From Comamonadaceae bacterium (GTDB lineage Bacteria; Pseudomonadota; Gammaproteobacteria; Burkholderiales; Burkholderiaceae_C), in assembly GCA_947449025.1 (NCBI GenBank), contig CANFQF010000001.1:1-62395 (forward strand): a stretch of DNA of 62,395 nt, read 5' to 3'. The position numbers and the translations under genes are program-made. Under the pieces are notes generated by a model. It saw only the letters and a list, made by a program, of their open reading frames with translations. It was not told where the DNA came from and did not search any database. Shown here piece by piece: positions 39,546 through 51,802 of the stretch; positions within the stretch are counted from its first letter, which is position 1, and each line of letters begins with the position of its first letter.

Positions 39546-41597
39546 TTACTTGCCCAGCCAGGCGGACCACGGGGCCACGAACCAGGTGAGGAAGACAAAC
39601 AGACCCACGATCATTGCCAGCGCGTAGTGGTACAGGTAGCCGGTCTGGAAGCGGCGGGTGATGGCGGCAAACACGCCGACCAGGCGGGCACTGCCATTGA
39701 CAGCGGTGCCATCGATGATGGCCTGATCGCCCACCTTCCACAGCACGGTGCCCAGGCTGCGCGTCAGGCGGGCCAGGATGTTCTCGTTGATCCAGTCCAT
39801 GTAGTACTTGTTTTCGAGCAGCACATAGACCGGGTGAAAGATGCGCTTGATCGCCGCCGGCAGCGCCGGGTTGATCATGTACATGTAATAGGCCAGCGCC
39901 ACGCCGGCCAGTGCCAGCCAGAAGGGAGCCGTGCTGAAAGCATGCAGGGCCATGGCAGCGGCGCCATGGAAGCCCTGGGCCAACTCGTGCATGGCGTGGT
40001 GCGCCTCGCCATTGACGAAGATCGCGTCCTTGAAGAAGTCACCAAACAGCATCGGCGAGATGGTCAGGTAGCCGATGACCACCGAGGGGATCGCCAGCAG
40101 CAGCAGCGGCACCGTCACCACCCAGGGGGACTCGTGCGGCTCGTGGCCGTGGTCATCGTGCCCGTGCCCGTGGCCGTCGTCATGGTGGGCATCGTGGTGC
40201 GCTTCGGGGTTCTGGTCAAAACGCTCCTTGCCGTGGAAGACCAGGAAGTACATCCGGAAGGAATAGAAAGCGGTGACAAATACGCCGGCCATCACCGCAA
40301 AGCTGGCAAAGCCCGCGGCCGGCAGATGCGACTCGTGCACCGCCTCGATGATGCTGTCCTTGGAGTAAAAGCCCGCAAACAGCGGCGTGCCGATCAGGGC
40401 CAGAGACCCCAGCAGCGAGGTGATCCAGGTGATGGGCATGTACTTGCGCAGGCCGCCCATCCAGCGGATGTCCTGGTTGTGGTGCACGCCCATGATCACC
40501 GAGCCGGCCGCGAGGAACAGCAAGGCCTTGAAGAAGGCGTGGGTCATGAGGTGGAACACCGCCACCGAATAGGCCGAGGCGCCCAGGGCCACGGTCATGT
40601 AGCCCAGCTGGGACAGGGTCGAATAGGCCACCACCCGCTTGATGTCGTTCTGGATGATGCCCAGAAAGCCCATGAACAGCGCGGTGATGGCGCCGATCAC
40701 CAAAATGAAGTTCAGCGCCGCGTCGGACAGCTCGAAGATAGGCGACATGCGCGCCACCATGAAGATGCCGGCCGTCACCATGGTGGCGGCGTGGATCAGC
40801 GCGGAGATGGGCGTCGGGCCTTCCATCGAATCGGGCAGCCAGACATGCAGCGGGAACTGCGCGCTCTTGCCCATGGCGCCGATGAACAGGCAAATGCAGA
40901 TCACCGTCACCAGCATCCAGTCGGTACCGGGGAACATCATCTTGGCCAGCTCGCCCGTCTTGGCAAAGGTCTCGGCGTAATTGAGCGTGCCGGCAAAGGC
41001 GGCGATCAGGCCGATGCCCAGGATGAAGCCAAAGTCACCCACCCGGTTCACCAGGAAGGCCTTCATATTGGCGAAGATCGCCGTCGGCTTGTTGAACCAG
41101 AACCCAATCAGCAGGTAAGACACCAGGCCCACCGCCTCCCAGCCGAAGAACAGCTGCAGGAAGTTGTTGCTCATGACGAGCATCAGCATCGCGAAGGTGA
41201 ACAAGGAGATGTAGGCGAAGAAGCGGTTGTAGCCCTCGTCCTCCTCCATGTAGCCGATGGTGTAGATGTGCACCATCAGGGACACAAAGGTCACCACGCA
41301 CATCATCATCGCCGTGAGGCCGTCGACCAGGAAGCCCACCTCCATCTTGAGGCCACCCACCACCATCCAGGTGTAAAGCGTCTCGTTGAAGCGGGCGCCG
41401 TCCACCGCCACGCTCTTGAGCGTCATGGCCGACAGGATGAAAGCGACCAGCACGCCCAAGATGGTGAGCGAATGCGACAGGCGCCGGCCGATCCAGTTGC
41501 CGCCGAATTTCGTGCCGAGCACGCCAGCGGCGATGGCACCCAGCAGCGGGGCCATCGGCACTGCCAGCAGGGTGGTTGCGTTGAGGGTCTGGCTCAT
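39546..41597 (-). CDS. nuoL: NADH-quinone oxidoreductase subunit L
   Basis: GKSAQFPLHVWLPDSMEGPTPISALIHAATMV motif. Confidence 0.97.
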   Translation of the reverse strand: MSQTLNATTLLAVPMAPLLGAIAAGVLGTKFGGNWIGRRLSHSLTILGVLVAFILSAMTLKSVAVDGARFNETLYTWMVVGGLKMEVGFLVDGLTAMMMCVVTFVSLMVHIYTIGYMEEDEGYNRFFAYISLFTFAMLMLVMSNNFLQLFFGWEAVGLVSYLLIGFWFNKPTAIFANMKAFLVNRVGDFGFILGIGLIAAFAGTLNYAETFAKTGELAKMMFPGTDWMLVTVICICLFIGAMGKSAQFPLHVWLPDSMEGPTPISALIHAATMVTAGIFMVARMSPIFELSDAALNFILVIGAITALFMGFLGIIQNDIKRVVAYSTLSQLGYMTVALGASAYSVAVFHLMTHAFFKALLFLAAGSVIMGVHHNQDIRWMGGLRKYMPITWITSLLGSLALIGTPLFAGFYSKDSIIEAVHESHLPAAGFASFAVMAGVFVTAFYSFRMYFLVFHGKERFDQNPEAHHDAHHDDGHGHGHDDHGHEPHESPWVVTVPLLLLAIPSVVIGYLTISPMLFGDFFKDAIFVNGEAHHAMHELAQGFHGAAAMALHAFSTAPFWLALAGVALAYYMYMINPALPAAIKRIFHPVYVLLENKYYMDWINENILARLTRSLGTVLWKVGDQAIIDGTAVNGSARLVGVFAAITRRFQTGYLYHYALAMIVGLFVFLTWFVAPWSAWLGK

Positions 41598-41622
41598 GGT
41601 GTTGTTCTCTTGGCCTGTTCTC

Positions 41623-41931
41623 TTAGCCCTTGAGCGTGCTCAGCTCTTCGACGTTGATGCTGGACTTGTTGCGGAACAAGAGCACCAGGATGGCCAGGCC
41701 GATCGCGGACTCGGCCGCTGCCACGGTCAGGATGAAGAACACAAAGACCTGGCCATGCATATCGCCCAGGTAGTAGGAGAAGGCCACGAAGTTCATGTTC
41801 ACCGCGAGCAGCATCAGCTCGATGGCCATGAGCAGCACGATGAGGTTGCGGCGGTTCAGGAAGATGCCGACCACCGACAGGGCGAACAAGATCGCACCCA
41901 GCGAGAGGAAATGTCCCAGGGTCAGGCTCAT
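41623..41931 (-). CDS. nuoK: NADH-quinone oxidoreductase subunit K
   Basis: IELMLLAVN and [12 protein letters not shown] motifs. Confidence 0.96.
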   Translation of the reverse strand: MSLTLGHFLSLGAILFALSVVGIFLNRRNLIVLLMAIELMLLAVNMNFVAFSYYLGDMHGQVFVFFILTVAAAESAIGLAILVLLFRNKSSINVEELSTLKG

Positions 41932-42578
41932 GCCTTGGCCTCCTTCACGGTTTCTTCGGCCGGCGCGGGCGCCGGGGCAGCCACGGTGGGCCCCATCTTC
42001 ACGACCTGCATCCGGTCACGGGCCTTGACCCGCACCTGCAGCGCCGGATCAATGTGACGGCTGTCCTTGCGCTCTCTCAGGGTGAGGGCGATGGCCGCGA
42101 TGATGGCGACCAGCAGCAGCACCGCAGCCACTTCGAGCGGCAGCAGGTACTGGGTGTAGAGCAACTTGCCCAGTTCCTTGGTGTTCGAATAGTCGGGCGC
42201 AGCCTGGCCGGCCATCTGGGTGGACTCGGTGACGCGAAAGCCACCGAGCAGCACCGCCGCCATCTCCAGCGCAATGACGACACCGATCAGGCCGGCCAGG
42301 GGCGCGGCCTTCCAAAAGCCGTCGCGCAGCTTGTCCATCTGGATGTCGAGCATCATCACCACGAACAAAAACAGCACCATCACCGCGCCGACGTAGACCA
42401 GCACCAGGGTGATGGCAAGGAACTCCGCCTTGAGCAGCAGCCACACCGCGGCCGCCTGCGTGAAGGCCAGCACCAGGTAGAGGGCAGCCTCCACCGGGTT
42501 GCGCGCGGTGATCACGCGCAAGGAGGCAAACAGCAAAATTGCGGAGAACAGGTAGAAGAAACCGGTCTTGACGTCCAT
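41928..42578 (-). CDS. nuoJ: NADH-quinone oxidoreductase subunit J
   Basis: [17 protein letters not shown] motif. Confidence 0.95.
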   Translation of the reverse strand: MDVKTGFFYLFSAILLFASLRVITARNPVEAALYLVLAFTQAAAVWLLLKAEFLAITLVLVYVGAVMVLFLFVVMMLDIQMDKLRDGFWKAAPLAGLIGVVIALEMAAVLLGGFRVTESTQMAGQAAPDYSNTKELGKLLYTQYLLPLEVAAVLLLVAIIAAIALTLRERKDSRHIDPALQVRVKARDRMQVVKMGPTVAAPAPAPAEETVKEAKA

Positions 42579-42619
42579 GGTGGGGTCTTTCTGTGCGGGC
42601 GCGGTCTGGACGTGGGGGC

Positions 42620-43147
42620 TTAGCGGTACTTGGCGTCGGCCGCCTTGTTGGCCGCAATCTCGGACTCGTAGCGGTCGCCCACGGCCAGCAACATGTCCTT
42701 GGTGAAGTACAGGTCGCCGCGCTTTTCACCGTGGTATTCGAGGATGTGGGTCTCGACGATCGAGTCCACCGGGCAACTTTCTTCGCAGAAGCCGCAGAAG
42801 ATGCATTTGGTGAGGTCGATGTCGTAGCGGGTGGTGCGGCGGGTGCCGTCGGCGCGCTGGTCGGACTCGATGGTGATGGCCATCGCCGGGCAGACGGCCT
42901 CGCACAGCTTGCAGGCGATGCAGCGCTCCTCGCCGTTTTCATAACGGCGCAGGGCGTGCAGGCCGCGAAAGCGCGGCGACAGCGGCGTCTTTTCTTCGGG
43001 GAACTGGACGGTGATCTTGCGGGCAAACGCGTACTTGCCGGTGATCGCCAGGCCCTTGAACAACTCGATCAGCAAAAAGCTGGAGAGGAAGTCCTTGAGC
43101 GAGAACGGTGTCGGGCTTGCGTGATGAACGTGGGAGCTCATGTTCAT
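42620..43147 (-). CDS. nuoI: NADH-quinone oxidoreductase subunit I
   Basis: Two 4Fe-4S motifs, [12 protein letters not shown] and [12 protein letters not shown]. Start 43147 or 43141. Confidence 0.96.
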   Translation of the reverse strand: MNMSSHVHHASPTPFSLKDFLSSFLLIELFKGLAITGKYAFARKITVQFPEEKTPLSPRFRGLHALRRYENGEERCIACKLCEAVCPAMAITIESDQRADGTRRTTRYDIDLTKCIFCGFCEESCPVDSIVETHILEYHGEKRGDLYFTKDMLLAVGDRYESEIAANKAADAKYR

Positions 43148-44226
43148 TTCCAGATGTTGAAGGGGGTCTGCATCCACAGGCCCACCACCACCAGCCACAC
43201 CAGGGTGACGGGGATGAAGATCTTCCAGCCCAGACGCATGATCTGGTCGTAGCGGTAGCGCGGGAAGGTCGAGCGCACCCACAGGAACATGGTCACGACC
43301 ATGAAGGTCTTGACGCCCAACCAGATCCAGCCGGGAATGAGGTTCAGCGGCGCGATGTCGACCGGGGGCAACCAGCCGCCCAGGAACATGAGGACAGCCA
43401 GGATCGAGACCAGCCACATATTGGCGTATTCGGCTAGGAAGAACATGGCAAAGCTCATGCCCGAGTACTCGATCATGTGACCGGCAACGATCTCAGACTC
43501 GCCCTCGACCACGTCGAAGGGGTGGCGGTTGGTTTCGGCCAAACCCGAGATGAAGTAGACGACAAAGATCGGCAGCAGCGGCAGCCAGTTCCAGGAGAGG
43601 AAGGTCAGGCCCATTTCGGCGAACTGGCCCTTGCCCTGACTGATCACGATCTGGCTCATGTTCATGCTGCCAGAAACCATCAGGACCACCACCAGGCAAA
43701 AGCCCATGGCGATTTCATAGGACACCATCTGCGCCGAGGCGCGCAGCGCGCCCAAGAAAGCGTACTTGGAGTTGGAGGCCCAGCCGGCAATGATCACGCC
43801 GTAGACCTCCATCGAGGTGATGGCCATCAGGAACAGCAGGCCGGCATTGATGTTGGCCAGAGCCACATCCGGACCGAAGGGGATCACCACCCAGGCCGCC
43901 AGGGCCGGCATGATGGTCATGATCGGACCCAGAAAGAACAGGCCCTTGCTGGCCGCGCTCGGCGTGATGATTTCCTTGGAAATCAGCTTGAGCGCGTCGG
44001 CAATCGGCTGCAGCAGGCCGTAGGGCCCGATGCGGTTGGGGCCAACCCGGATTTGGGTAAAGCCAATCGCCTTGCGTTCCCACAGGGTCAGGTAGGCCAC
44101 CGCGCCCATGAGGGGCAGTACCACCGCGACGATCTTGATCAAGGTCCAGACCACGGGCCAGCCCATGGCAGTCCACCAGGGCGCAGCCAGCAGGCCCAGC
44201 CCGAAGCCGTAGATCTGGTCGATCAT
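43144..44226 (-). CDS. nuoH: NADH-quinone oxidoreductase subunit H
   Basis: [19 protein letters not shown] and AETNRHPFD motifs. Confidence 0.97.
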   Translation of the reverse strand: MIDQIYGFGLGLLAAPWWTAMGWPVVWTLIKIVAVVLPLMGAVAYLTLWERKAIGFTQIRVGPNRIGPYGLLQPIADALKLISKEIITPSAASKGLFFLGPIMTIMPALAAWVVIPFGPDVALANINAGLLFLMAITSMEVYGVIIAGWASNSKYAFLGALRASAQMVSYEIAMGFCLVVVLMVSGSMNMSQIVISQGKGQFAEMGLTFLSWNWLPLLPIFVVYFISGLAETNRHPFDVVEGESEIVAGHMIEYSGMSFAMFFLAEYANMWLVSILAVLMFLGGWLPPVDIAPLNLIPGWIWLGVKTFMVVTMFLWVRSTFPRYRYDQIMRLGWKIFIPVTLVWLVVVGLWMQTPFNIWK

Positions 44227-46367
44227 GCGCTGACTCCTTGTGCCGCCTGCACCTGGCGGGCGTCGGCGGTCCGTTGCAGCGACGGCGCGCGTCGCACGAT
44301 GCTGTCAAGCTGGTAGAGGGCGGCCACGGCCGGACGGCCTGCGGCGGGAGCGAGGTCGATGGCGGCCGTGGTGCTGTTGCCCAGGTGGGGGCCCTGCACG
44401 AAGGCCTGGCCGACGTCTGCCGGCCCGCGGGCAGCGGCCAGCACCTCTTGGGTGGACTCGAAGTCAAAGCCCGGCAGACCCAGCAGATTGCCCAGCACCC
44501 GCAGCACCTTCCAGCCCGGGCGGGTCTCGCCCAGGGGCTTGACCACCGCGTGGAAACTTTGCACCCGGCCTTCGGCGTTCACGAAGGTGCCCGTGGTCTC
44601 GGTAAAGGGCGCGATCGGCAGCAGCACGTCCGAGCAGTCGAGATTGGCCTTGAAGGGGCTCAGGGTCACGACCATCTCAGCGCCGGCCAGGGCTGCGACC
44701 GCCGCCTTGCCGGCCGCGGAGTCGAACTCGGGCTCGGTGTTCAAAAGCAAAACCGCCTTGAGGCCCTGGGCACCGCCGGCCAGCATCTGGCCCGCATTCA
44801 GGCCACCGGCGCGAGGCAGCGCACCGACGAGCTGCGCGCCCACGGTATTGGCCGCTTCGGTGAGGTAACCCACGGTGGCGCCGGTCTGCTCGCCGATCCA
44901 CTGGGCCAGCGCCAGCAGGCTCGACGCCTTGGCATGGTGGGCAGCCGCATTGCCCAGAAGAATGGCCTTGCGCTCGCCGGAGAGGAGCGACTTGGCGATC
45001 AGGGTGGCGGTGGCGTCGGACTGCGCCGGCACCGGGGCTTGGACACCCTTTTCCGCAGCAACAGCAGCAGCGACGCCAGCCAGTGCCTGAGCCCAATCGG
45101 CAGCGGCCACAACGGCCTTGGCCTTGACGGGCATCGCCCAATCGTCATCAGCGTCATGGATCACGCTGACCTGTGCACCGGTGCGCGTCGCGGCGCGCAC
45201 CCGCAGCGCGAACAGCGGGTGGTCCTTGCGCAGGTTCGAGCCGACGACCAATACGCGCTGCAGGGTAGAGAGCTCCGCGATGCGAGTACCGAGCCAGCGA
45301 ACGCCCTCGGCCGCCGGGAACTCGGCATTGCGCAGGCGATAGTCGATGTTCTCCGAGCCCAGGGCCCGCACCAGGGCGCCAGCCAGGAACAGCTCCTCGG
45401 CGGTGCTGTGCGGACTGACCAGCGCGCCGATGCTCTTGGCGCCATGCTCGCTCTTGATTTGCTTGAGGCCACTGGCGACGTACTCGAGGGCGGCTTGCCA
45501 GTCGACCGTCTTCCACTGCCCGCCCTGCTTGATCATGGGGGCGGTGAGTCGCTCGGGCGTGTTCAGGGCTTCGTAGGAGAAACGCTCACGGTCGGCAATC
45601 CAGCACTCGTTGACCTCGGCGTTCTCGAAGGGCAAGACCCGCATCACCTGGTTGCTCTTCACCTGCACGATCAGGTTGGCACCGCTCGAGTCGTGCGCGG
45701 CCACCGACTTGCGGCGTGACAGCTCCCAGGTCCGGGCGCTGTAGCGGAAAGGCTTGCTGGTGAGCGCGCCCACCGGGCACAGGTCGATCATGTTGCCCGA
45801 GAGCTCGGAGTCGACGGTGTCGCCGGTGATGGTGGTGATCTCGGAGTGCTCGCCCCGGTTGATCATGCCCAGCTCCATGTCGCCAGCGATCTCCTGGCCG
45901 AAGCGCACGCAGCGTGTGCAGTGGATGCAGCGGCTCATCTCCTCCATGGAGATCAGCGGGCCCACGTCCTTGTGCATGACGACGCGCTTTTCTTCCTCGT
46001 AGCGGGAGGCGCTGCCGCCATAGCCCACGGCCAGGTCTTGCAACTGGCACTCGCCGCCCTGGTCGCAGATGGGGCAGTCCAGCGGGTGGTTGATCAGGAG
46101 GAACTCCATCACCGACTTCTGCGCCTTGACCGCCTTGTCGCTGTGGGTGCGCACGATCATGCCGTTGGTGACCGGGGTGGCGCAGGCCGGCATGGGCTTG
46201 GGCGCCTTTTCCACGTCGACCAGGCACATGCGGCAGTTGGCCGCGATGGACAACTTCTTGTGATAGCAGAAATGCGGGATGTAGGTCCCCGCCTTTTCGG
46301 CCGCATGCATCACCATGCTGCCTTCGGCGACTTCGACCTTCTTGCCGTCTAGCTCGATTTCAACCAT
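44223..46367 (-). CDS. nuoG: NADH-quinone oxidoreductase subunit G
   Basis: [27 protein letters not shown] and [11 protein letters not shown] motifs. Confidence 0.97.
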   Translation of the reverse strand: MVEIELDGKKVEVAEGSMVMHAAEKAGTYIPHFCYHKKLSIAANCRMCLVDVEKAPKPMPACATPVTNGMIVRTHSDKAVKAQKSVMEFLLINHPLDCPICDQGGECQLQDLAVGYGGSASRYEEEKRVVMHKDVGPLISMEEMSRCIHCTRCVRFGQEIAGDMELGMINRGEHSEITTITGDTVDSELSGNMIDLCPVGALTSKPFRYSARTWELSRRKSVAAHDSSGANLIVQVKSNQVMRVLPFENAEVNECWIADRERFSYEALNTPERLTAPMIKQGGQWKTVDWQAALEYVASGLKQIKSEHGAKSIGALVSPHSTAEELFLAGALVRALGSENIDYRLRNAEFPAAEGVRWLGTRIAELSTLQRVLVVGSNLRKDHPLFALRVRAATRTGAQVSVIHDADDDWAMPVKAKAVVAAADWAQALAGVAAAVAAEKGVQAPVPAQSDATATLIAKSLLSGERKAILLGNAAAHHAKASSLLALAQWIGEQTGATVGYLTEAANTVGAQLVGALPRAGGLNAGQMLAGGAQGLKAVLLLNTEPEFDSAAGKAAVAALAGAEMVVTLSPFKANLDCSDVLLPIAPFTETTGTFVNAEGRVQSFHAVVKPLGETRPGWKVLRVLGNLLGLPGFDFESTQEVLAAARGPADVGQAFVQGPHLGNSTTAAIDLAPAAGRPAVAALYQLDSIVRRAPSLQRTADARQVQAAQGVSA

Positions 46368-46382
46368 GTTGTGCTTTCGGGA

Positions 46383-47768
46383 TCAGGCGCTTGCCACAGG
46401 ACTCGGGGTCTTGGCCTGGGCCGCGTTGATCTTGGCCTCGAATTCGGGGCGGAAGTGCTTGAGCATGGCGCGCACCGGCATCGCGGCGGCGTCGCCCAAG
46501 GCGCAGATGGTGCGGCCCTGGATGCTGTCGGACACCGAGTCCAGCAAGGCCAGGTCAGAGGGTTTGCCGTGGCCGTGGCAAATGCGGTCGACCACGCGCC
46601 AGAGCCAGCCCGTGCCTTCGCGGCAGGGGGTGCACTGACCGCAGGACTCGTGGGCGTAGAAGTAGGACAGGCGGCGCAGGCTCTCGGGCATGTCGCGCGT
46701 TTCGTCCATGACGATGACTGCGCCTGAGCCCAGCATGGAGCCGGCTTTGGCGATGGAGTCATAGTCCATCGTGCATTCCATGATGATGGAAGTGGGCAGC
46801 ACCGGCGAAGACGATCCGCCGGGGATCACCGCCTTGAGCTTGCGGCCACCGGCCACGCCACCAGCGAGCTCGAGCAGCTTGGCGAATGGCGTGCCCAGCG
46901 GAATCTCGTAATTGCCCGGGCGCTCGACGTCGCCAGACACCGAGAAGATTTTGGTGCCGCCGTTATTGGGCTTGCCGCACTCGAGGTAGGCCTGGCCGCC
47001 GTTGCGGATGATCCAGGGCACTGCCGCGAAAGTCTCGGTGTTGTTGATGGTGGTGGGCTTGCCATACAGGCCAAAGCTCGCCGGGAAGGGCGGCTTGAAG
47101 CGGGGCTGGCCCTTCTTGCCCTCGAGGGATTCGAGCAACGCGGTCTCTTCTCCGCAGATATAGGCACCAAAGCCGTGGTACGCATGCAGCTCGAAGTTGA
47201 AGCCCGAGCCCATGATGGCGTTGCCCAGGTAGCCCGCCGCCCTCGCCTCTTCCAGCGCCTCTTCGAAGCGCTCATAAGCGTCGAAGATTTCGCCGTGAAT
47301 GTAGTTGTAGCCCAGCGAGATGCCCATCGCGTAGGCGGCGATGATCATCCCCTCGATCACGATGTGCGGGTTGAACATCAGGATATCGCGGTCCTTGCAG
47401 GTCCCGGGCTCACCTTCGTCCGAGTTGCACACCAAGTGCTTGGCGCCCGGGAACTGCCGGGGCATGAAGCTCCACTTGAGGCCCGTAGGAAAGCCCGCGC
47501 CGCCGCGGCCGCGCAGGGCGCTTTCCTTGACGGTGGCAATGACCTGGTCCTGCGTGAGACCCACGATGCCCGTGTCGGCCTGCGCAGGCGAACCGTCCTT
47601 GCCCAGGATCTTGCGCAGGGCGGCATAGCCACCGCGTGCTTCGTAGTCCTTCAGGCGCCAGTTGCTGCCATTGAGGTCTGCGTAAATCTGCGGGTTGATA
47701 TGACGACCATGGAAGCAGGTGTCCACCCCGGTGGCGGCGAACTGGGAGAGCACTTGTTGCGCGTTCAT
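46383..47768 (-). CDS. nuoF: NADH-quinone oxidoreductase subunit F
   Basis: [23 protein letters not shown] and [12 protein letters not shown] motifs. Confidence 0.97.
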   Translation of the reverse strand: MNAQQVLSQFAATGVDTCFHGRHINPQIYADLNGSNWRLKDYEARGGYAALRKILGKDGSPAQADTGIVGLTQDQVIATVKESALRGRGGAGFPTGLKWSFMPRQFPGAKHLVCNSDEGEPGTCKDRDILMFNPHIVIEGMIIAAYAMGISLGYNYIHGEIFDAYERFEEALEEARAAGYLGNAIMGSGFNFELHAYHGFGAYICGEETALLESLEGKKGQPRFKPPFPASFGLYGKPTTINNTETFAAVPWIIRNGGQAYLECGKPNNGGTKIFSVSGDVERPGNYEIPLGTPFAKLLELAGGVAGGRKLKAVIPGGSSSPVLPTSIIMECTMDYDSIAKAGSMLGSGAVIVMDETRDMPESLRRLSYFYAHESCGQCTPCREGTGWLWRVVDRICHGHGKPSDLALLDSVSDSIQGRTICALGDAAAMPVRAMLKHFRPEFEAKINAAQAKTPSPVASA

Positions 47769-48262
47769 CACTGCTGCTCCGCTTTTTTGAGGCCGTCGAT
47801 CATCTGATCGAGTCGCTCGTTGCTCATGAAGCTGCACATATTGCGGTCATTGACCAGCATCACCGGCGCGTCGGCGCAAGCACCCAGGCACTCGGACTGC
47901 TGCAGGGTAAAGAAGCCATCGGCACTGGTCTCGCCCATGCGGATGCCCAGGCGCTTTTCCAGGTGCGCCAATGCCGTGCCGCCGCCGCGCAGCTGGCACG
48001 GCAGGTTGGTGCAGACGTTCAGCTTGAACTTGCCCACCGGCTTCTGGTTGTACATGTTGTAGAAGGTCGTGACCTCGTGCACCGCAATCGCGGGCATGCC
48101 CAGGTGCTCGGCCACCGCCTGCTCGCTCTCCGGGCTGACCCAGCCCTGCTCCTGCTGCACGATGGCCAGGCAGGCCATCACGGCCGACTGCTTCTGGTCG
48201 GCGGGGTACTTGGCCACTTCCTTGTCGAAGCGAGCGCGCGTCGCTTGGGAAATTTCAGTCAT
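47768..48262 (-). CDS. nuoE: NADH-quinone oxidoreductase subunit E
   Basis: CTNLPC and ECLGAC 2Fe-2S ligands. Confidence 0.96.
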   Translation of the reverse strand: MTEISQATRARFDKEVAKYPADQKQSAVMACLAIVQQEQGWVSPESEQAVAEHLGMPAIAVHEVTTFYNMYNQKPVGKFKLNVCTNLPCQLRGGGTALAHLEKRLGIRMGETSADGFFTLQQSECLGACADAPVMLVNDRNMCSFMSNERLDQMIDGLKKAEQQ

Positions 48263-49512
48263 CGATCGATCTCTCCGAACACGATGTCCATGGTGCCGAT
48301 CACCGCGACCGCATCGGCAATCATGTGGCCGCGCGACATTTCGTCCATGGCCGCCAGGTGGGCGAAGCCAGGGGCGCGGATCTTCAGGCGGTACGGCTTG
48401 TTGGCGCCGTCGCTCACCAGGTAGATGCCGAACTCGCCCTTGGGGTGTTCGACCGCCGCATAGGCCTCGCCCTCGGGGACGCGAAAGCCTTCGGTGAACA
48501 GCTTGAAGTGGTGAATCAGTTCTTCCATGTTGGACTTCATGGATTCACGATCCGGCGGTGCCACCTTGTGGTTGTCGGTGATGACCGGGCCCGGGTTGGC
48601 GCGCAGCCAGGCCACGCACTGCTGGACGATCCTGTTGGACTCGCGCATCTCCTGCACCCGTACCAGGTAGCGGTCATAGGAGTCACCGGTTTTGCCCACC
48701 GGCACGTCGAAGTCCATCTTGGCGTAGACGTCGTAGGGCTGCTTCTTGCGCAGGTCCCAGGCAATGCCGGAGCCGCGCAGCATCGGGCCGCTGAAGCCCA
48801 GGTTCAATGCGCGCTCGGGCGTGACAACGCCAATGCCCACGGTGCGCTGCTTCCAGATGCGGTTGTCGGTGAGCAGCGTCTCGTACTCGTCGACATAGGT
48901 CGGGAAGCGCCGGGTGAAGTCTTCGATGAAGTCCAGCAGCGAACCCTGGCGGTTCTCATTGAGTGCGCGGATCGAGCGCTCGTTCTTGATCTTGCTGGCG
49001 CGGTACTGCGGCATGGTGTCCGGCAGGTCACGGTACACGCCACCCGGGCGGAAGTAGGCCGCGTGCATGCGCGCACCGGACACCGCCTCGTACATGTCGA
49101 ACAGGTCTTCCCGCTCGCGAAAGCAGTAGATCAGCATGTTCATCGCGCCGCAGTCGAGGCCGTGCGCGCCGAGCCACAGCAGGTGGTTCAGCAAACGGGT
49201 GATCTCGGCGAACATCACGCGGATGTACTGGGCGCGCTCGGGCACTTCCAGGCCCATCATCTTTTCGATGGCCAGGCAGTAGGCGTGCTCGTTGCACATC
49301 ATCGAGACATAGTCCAGGCGGTCCATATAGGGCAGCGACTGGATATAGGTCTTGCTCTCGGCCAGCTTTTCGGTGGCGCGGTGCAGCAGGCCGATGTGCG
49401 GGTCGGCACGCTGGATCACTTCGCCGTCAAGCTCGAGCACCAGGCGCAAAACGCCGTGGGCGGCCGGGTGCTGCGGGCCGAAGTTCAGGGTGTAGTTCTT
49501 GATGTCTGCCAT
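48259..49512 (-). CDS. nuoD: NADH-quinone oxidoreductase subunit D
   Basis: [15 protein letters not shown] and DIVFGEIDR motifs. Confidence 0.97.
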   Translation of the reverse strand: MADIKNYTLNFGPQHPAAHGVLRLVLELDGEVIQRADPHIGLLHRATEKLAESKTYIQSLPYMDRLDYVSMMCNEHAYCLAIEKMMGLEVPERAQYIRVMFAEITRLLNHLLWLGAHGLDCGAMNMLIYCFREREDLFDMYEAVSGARMHAAYFRPGGVYRDLPDTMPQYRASKIKNERSIRALNENRQGSLLDFIEDFTRRFPTYVDEYETLLTDNRIWKQRTVGIGVVTPERALNLGFSGPMLRGSGIAWDLRKKQPYDVYAKMDFDVPVGKTGDSYDRYLVRVQEMRESNRIVQQCVAWLRANPGPVITDNHKVAPPDRESMKSNMEELIHHFKLFTEGFRVPEGEAYAAVEHPKGEFGIYLVSDGANKPYRLKIRAPGFAHLAAMDEMSRGHMIADAVAVIGTMDIVFGEIDR

Positions 49513-49525
49513 GTGGCCCTCCCCC

Positions 49526-50140
49526 TTACTGGAGGCCTCCATAGTTGTCCTCGCGGATGATCCGCGGGGTGATCTCACGTGGCTCAATCGTCACCGGCTG
49601 GTAGATCACCCGCTGGCGCTCGGCGTCGTAACGCATTTCGACATGGCCCGAGGTCGGGAAGTCTTTGCGGAACGGGTGGCCGATGAAGCCGTAGTCGGTG
49701 AGGATGCGGCGCAGGTCCGGGTGACCCTCGAAAACGATGCCGTACAGGTCGAACGCTTCGCGCTCGAACCAGTTGGCGGCGTTCCACAGGTCGTTGACGC
49801 TGTCGACCGCTGGCAGCTCGTCGTCGGCCAGGAAGGTCTTGAGGCGCAGGCGCTGGTTCAGGCTCACCGACAAGAGGTGCAGCGTGACGCAAAAGCGCTG
49901 CCCCTCCCAGCCGCCGTTGCCGTAGTCGGCGTAGTCGAGGCCTGCCAGGTCCATCAGTTGTTCAAACTGGCAACCGGGCGCGTCACGCAGGGTCTGGGCG
50001 GCAGCGTGCCAGTCGGCCGGGGCCACGGTCACGGTCACTTCGTCCAGGCGCAGGTCGACGCGCTTGGCGAGCGCACCCAGGGCCTCGGTCACGGTCTGCT
50101 GAAGGGCCTGGGGGTCGATGGCGAAGGGGGTGGTCGTCAT
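49526..50140 (-). CDS. nuoC: NADH-quinone oxidoreductase subunit C
   Basis: [37 protein letters not shown] motif. Confidence 0.96.
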   Translation of the reverse strand: MTTTPFAIDPQALQQTVTEALGALAKRVDLRLDEVTVTVAPADWHAAAQTLRDAPGCQFEQLMDLAGLDYADYGNGGWEGQRFCVTLHLLSVSLNQRLRLKTFLADDELPAVDSVNDLWNAANWFEREAFDLYGIVFEGHPDLRRILTDYGFIGHPFRKDFPTSGHVEMRYDAERQRVIYQPVTIEPREITPRIIREDNYGGLQ

Positions 50141-50159
50141 TGCTGGGGTCTCCGGCGGC

Positions 50160-50639
50160 TCAGGCCCGGGCAATGGTCTGGGTGCGGCGGATCTTCTGCT
50201 GCAGCTGGATGATTCCGTACAGCAGGGCCTCCGCGGTGGGCGGGCAGCCTGGCACGTACACGTCCACCGGCACGATGCGGTCGCAACCACGCACCACCGA
50301 GTAGCTGTAGTGGTAGTAGCCGCCCCCATTGGCGCAGGAGCCCATGGAGATGACCCAGCGCGGCTCGGGCATCTGGTCGTAGACCTTGCGCAGGGCCGGG
50401 GCCATCTTGTTGCACAGGGTGCCGGCCACGATCATGAGGTCGGACTGGCGCGGGCTGGGGCGAAACAGCATGCCGAAGCGGTCGATGTCATAGCGGGCTG
50501 CGCCCGCGTGCATCATTTCCACCGCGCAGCAGGCCAGGCCGAAGGTCATCGGCCAGAGCGAGCCGGTCTTGGCCCAATTGATCACCGTGTCCACCGTGGT
50601 GGTGACCACGCCCTTGTCGAGAACGCCTTCGTTTGCCAT
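50160..50639 (-). CDS. nuoB: NADH-quinone oxidoreductase subunit B
   Basis: [10 protein letters not shown] and YVPGCPP motifs. Confidence 0.97.
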   Translation of the reverse strand: MANEGVLDKGVVTTTVDTVINWAKTGSLWPMTFGLACCAVEMMHAGAARYDIDRFGMLFRPSPRQSDLMIVAGTLCNKMAPALRKVYDQMPEPRWVISMGSCANGGGYYHYSYSVVRGCDRIVPVDVYVPGCPPTAEALLYGIIQLQQKIRRTQTIARA

Positions 50640-50689
50640 TGTCGGGATGCTCCGTGACTGCCTGTGGGGGGGATTGCTCGGGGCGGGGA

Positions 50690-51061
50690 TCACTCCCAGT
50701 CGAGCGCGCCCTTCTTCCACTCGTAGATGAATCCGACCACCAGGATCGCGAGGAAAACCATGACCGACCAGAAGCCCACCGCGCCGATGTCCTTGAGCGC
50801 CACGGCCCAGGGGAAGAGGAAGGCGATTTCGAGGTCGAACAGGATGAAGAGAATGGCCACGAGGTAGTAGCGCACGTCGAACTTCATGCGCGCGTCCTCG
50901 AAGGCTTCAAAGCCGCATTCGTAGGGGGAGGTCTTGGCCGCGTCGGGCTTGTGAAAGCCGGCGAACCGGGAAACGATGAAACCGAGGAGCTGGGGAACGA
51001 CGCCGACCCCAATGCCCACCAGGATGAAAAGAAGGACGGGCAGGTACTGCTCTAGGTTCAT
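50690..51061 (-). CDS. nuoA: NADH-quinone oxidoreductase subunit A
   Basis: PYECGF, FDLE and [10 protein letters not shown] motifs. Confidence 0.97.
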   Translation of the reverse strand: MNLEQYLPVLLFILVGIGVGVVPQLLGFIVSRFAGFHKPDAAKTSPYECGFEAFEDARMKFDVRYYLVAILFILFDLEIAFLFPWAVALKDIGAVGFWSVMVFLAILVVGFIYEWKKGALDWE

Positions 51062-51149
51062 CTTGGGCTCCGCAAGCCGCGGGGCGGGCTGATCCGCCTG
51101 CGGCTTTTTGCTCTCACGGACGCTTCTGGCGCCCGCGTTACTTCTTGTC

Positions 51150-51234
51150 TGGTGCCGTCGGCGAGACTCGAACTCGCACAGCTTTCGCCACTACCCCCTC
51201 AAGATAGCGTGTCTACCAATTTCACCACGACGGC
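51150..51234 (-). tRNA. tRNA-Leu (anticodon GAG)
   Basis: Reverse complement GCCGTCGTGGTGAAATTGGTAGACACGCTATCTTGAGGGGGTAG...GTTCGAGTC...GACGGCACCA: 85 nt, long variable arm, encoded CCA; secG-leu-nuoA synteny. Confidence 0.96.
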
Positions 51235-51346
51235 TTCGTTGCCACTGCAGGCAGCTGGCTTGTGACCAAACCCCTGTGCGACAGCGTAGGAGTTTACCCG
51301 GAAACACCGCGATTTCTCCCGCAGCGGCCGGGCTGAAAACGAAAAA

Positions 51347-51769
51347 TCAGCGGCCCGGAATCTGGCCTGCGCCAGATGCGGGCGCGGCGGGTGCGGCCGG
51401 TGCAGCGGGCGCCGAGGGCACGGGCACCGAAGCACCTGCCGGGATCTGACCCGCCGCGCCGGAGGCCGCCGAGGCAGGGGCCGCAGCCGGCGCAGCGGCG
51501 CGATCGAGCACGCTGCCGGAGTCGGCCGGGCGATGGCTGCCCAGGTACGCCAGGCCCAGCGTACAGACGAAGAAAACCGTGGCCAGTACCGCGGTAGAGC
51601 GGGAGAGAAAGTTGGCGCTGCCCGAGGCGCCGAACAAGCTGCCCGAGCTGCCCGACCCGAAAGCGGCGCCCATGTCGGCGCCCTTGCCGTGCTGCACCAG
51701 CACCAGGCCGATCATGACCAGCGCGGAAAGCATCTGGATGGTGAGGATGACGTTGAAGAGAAAGCTCAT
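51347..51769 (-). CDS. secG: Preprotein translocase subunit SecG
   Basis: VLVQHGKGADMGAAFGSG motif. Confidence 0.96.
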   Translation of the reverse strand: MSFLFNVILTIQMLSALVMIGLVLVQHGKGADMGAAFGSGSSGSLFGASGSANFLSRSTAVLATVFFVCTLGLAYLGSHRPADSGSVLDRAAAPAAAPASAASGAAGQIPAGASVPVPSAPAAPAAPAAPASGAGQIPGR

Positions 51770-51802
51770 GGGGAAGGACTCCGAAAGAGAATGCGCGGGT
51801 TA

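Noticed and set aside
40130-40200. His/Asp-rich loop in NuoL
   Set aside because: His-rich loops at this position are common in proteobacterial NuoL.
51150-51234. tRNA-Leu as an integration site
   Set aside because: secG-tRNA-nuoA is contiguous; no duplicated 3' end or integrase in the window.
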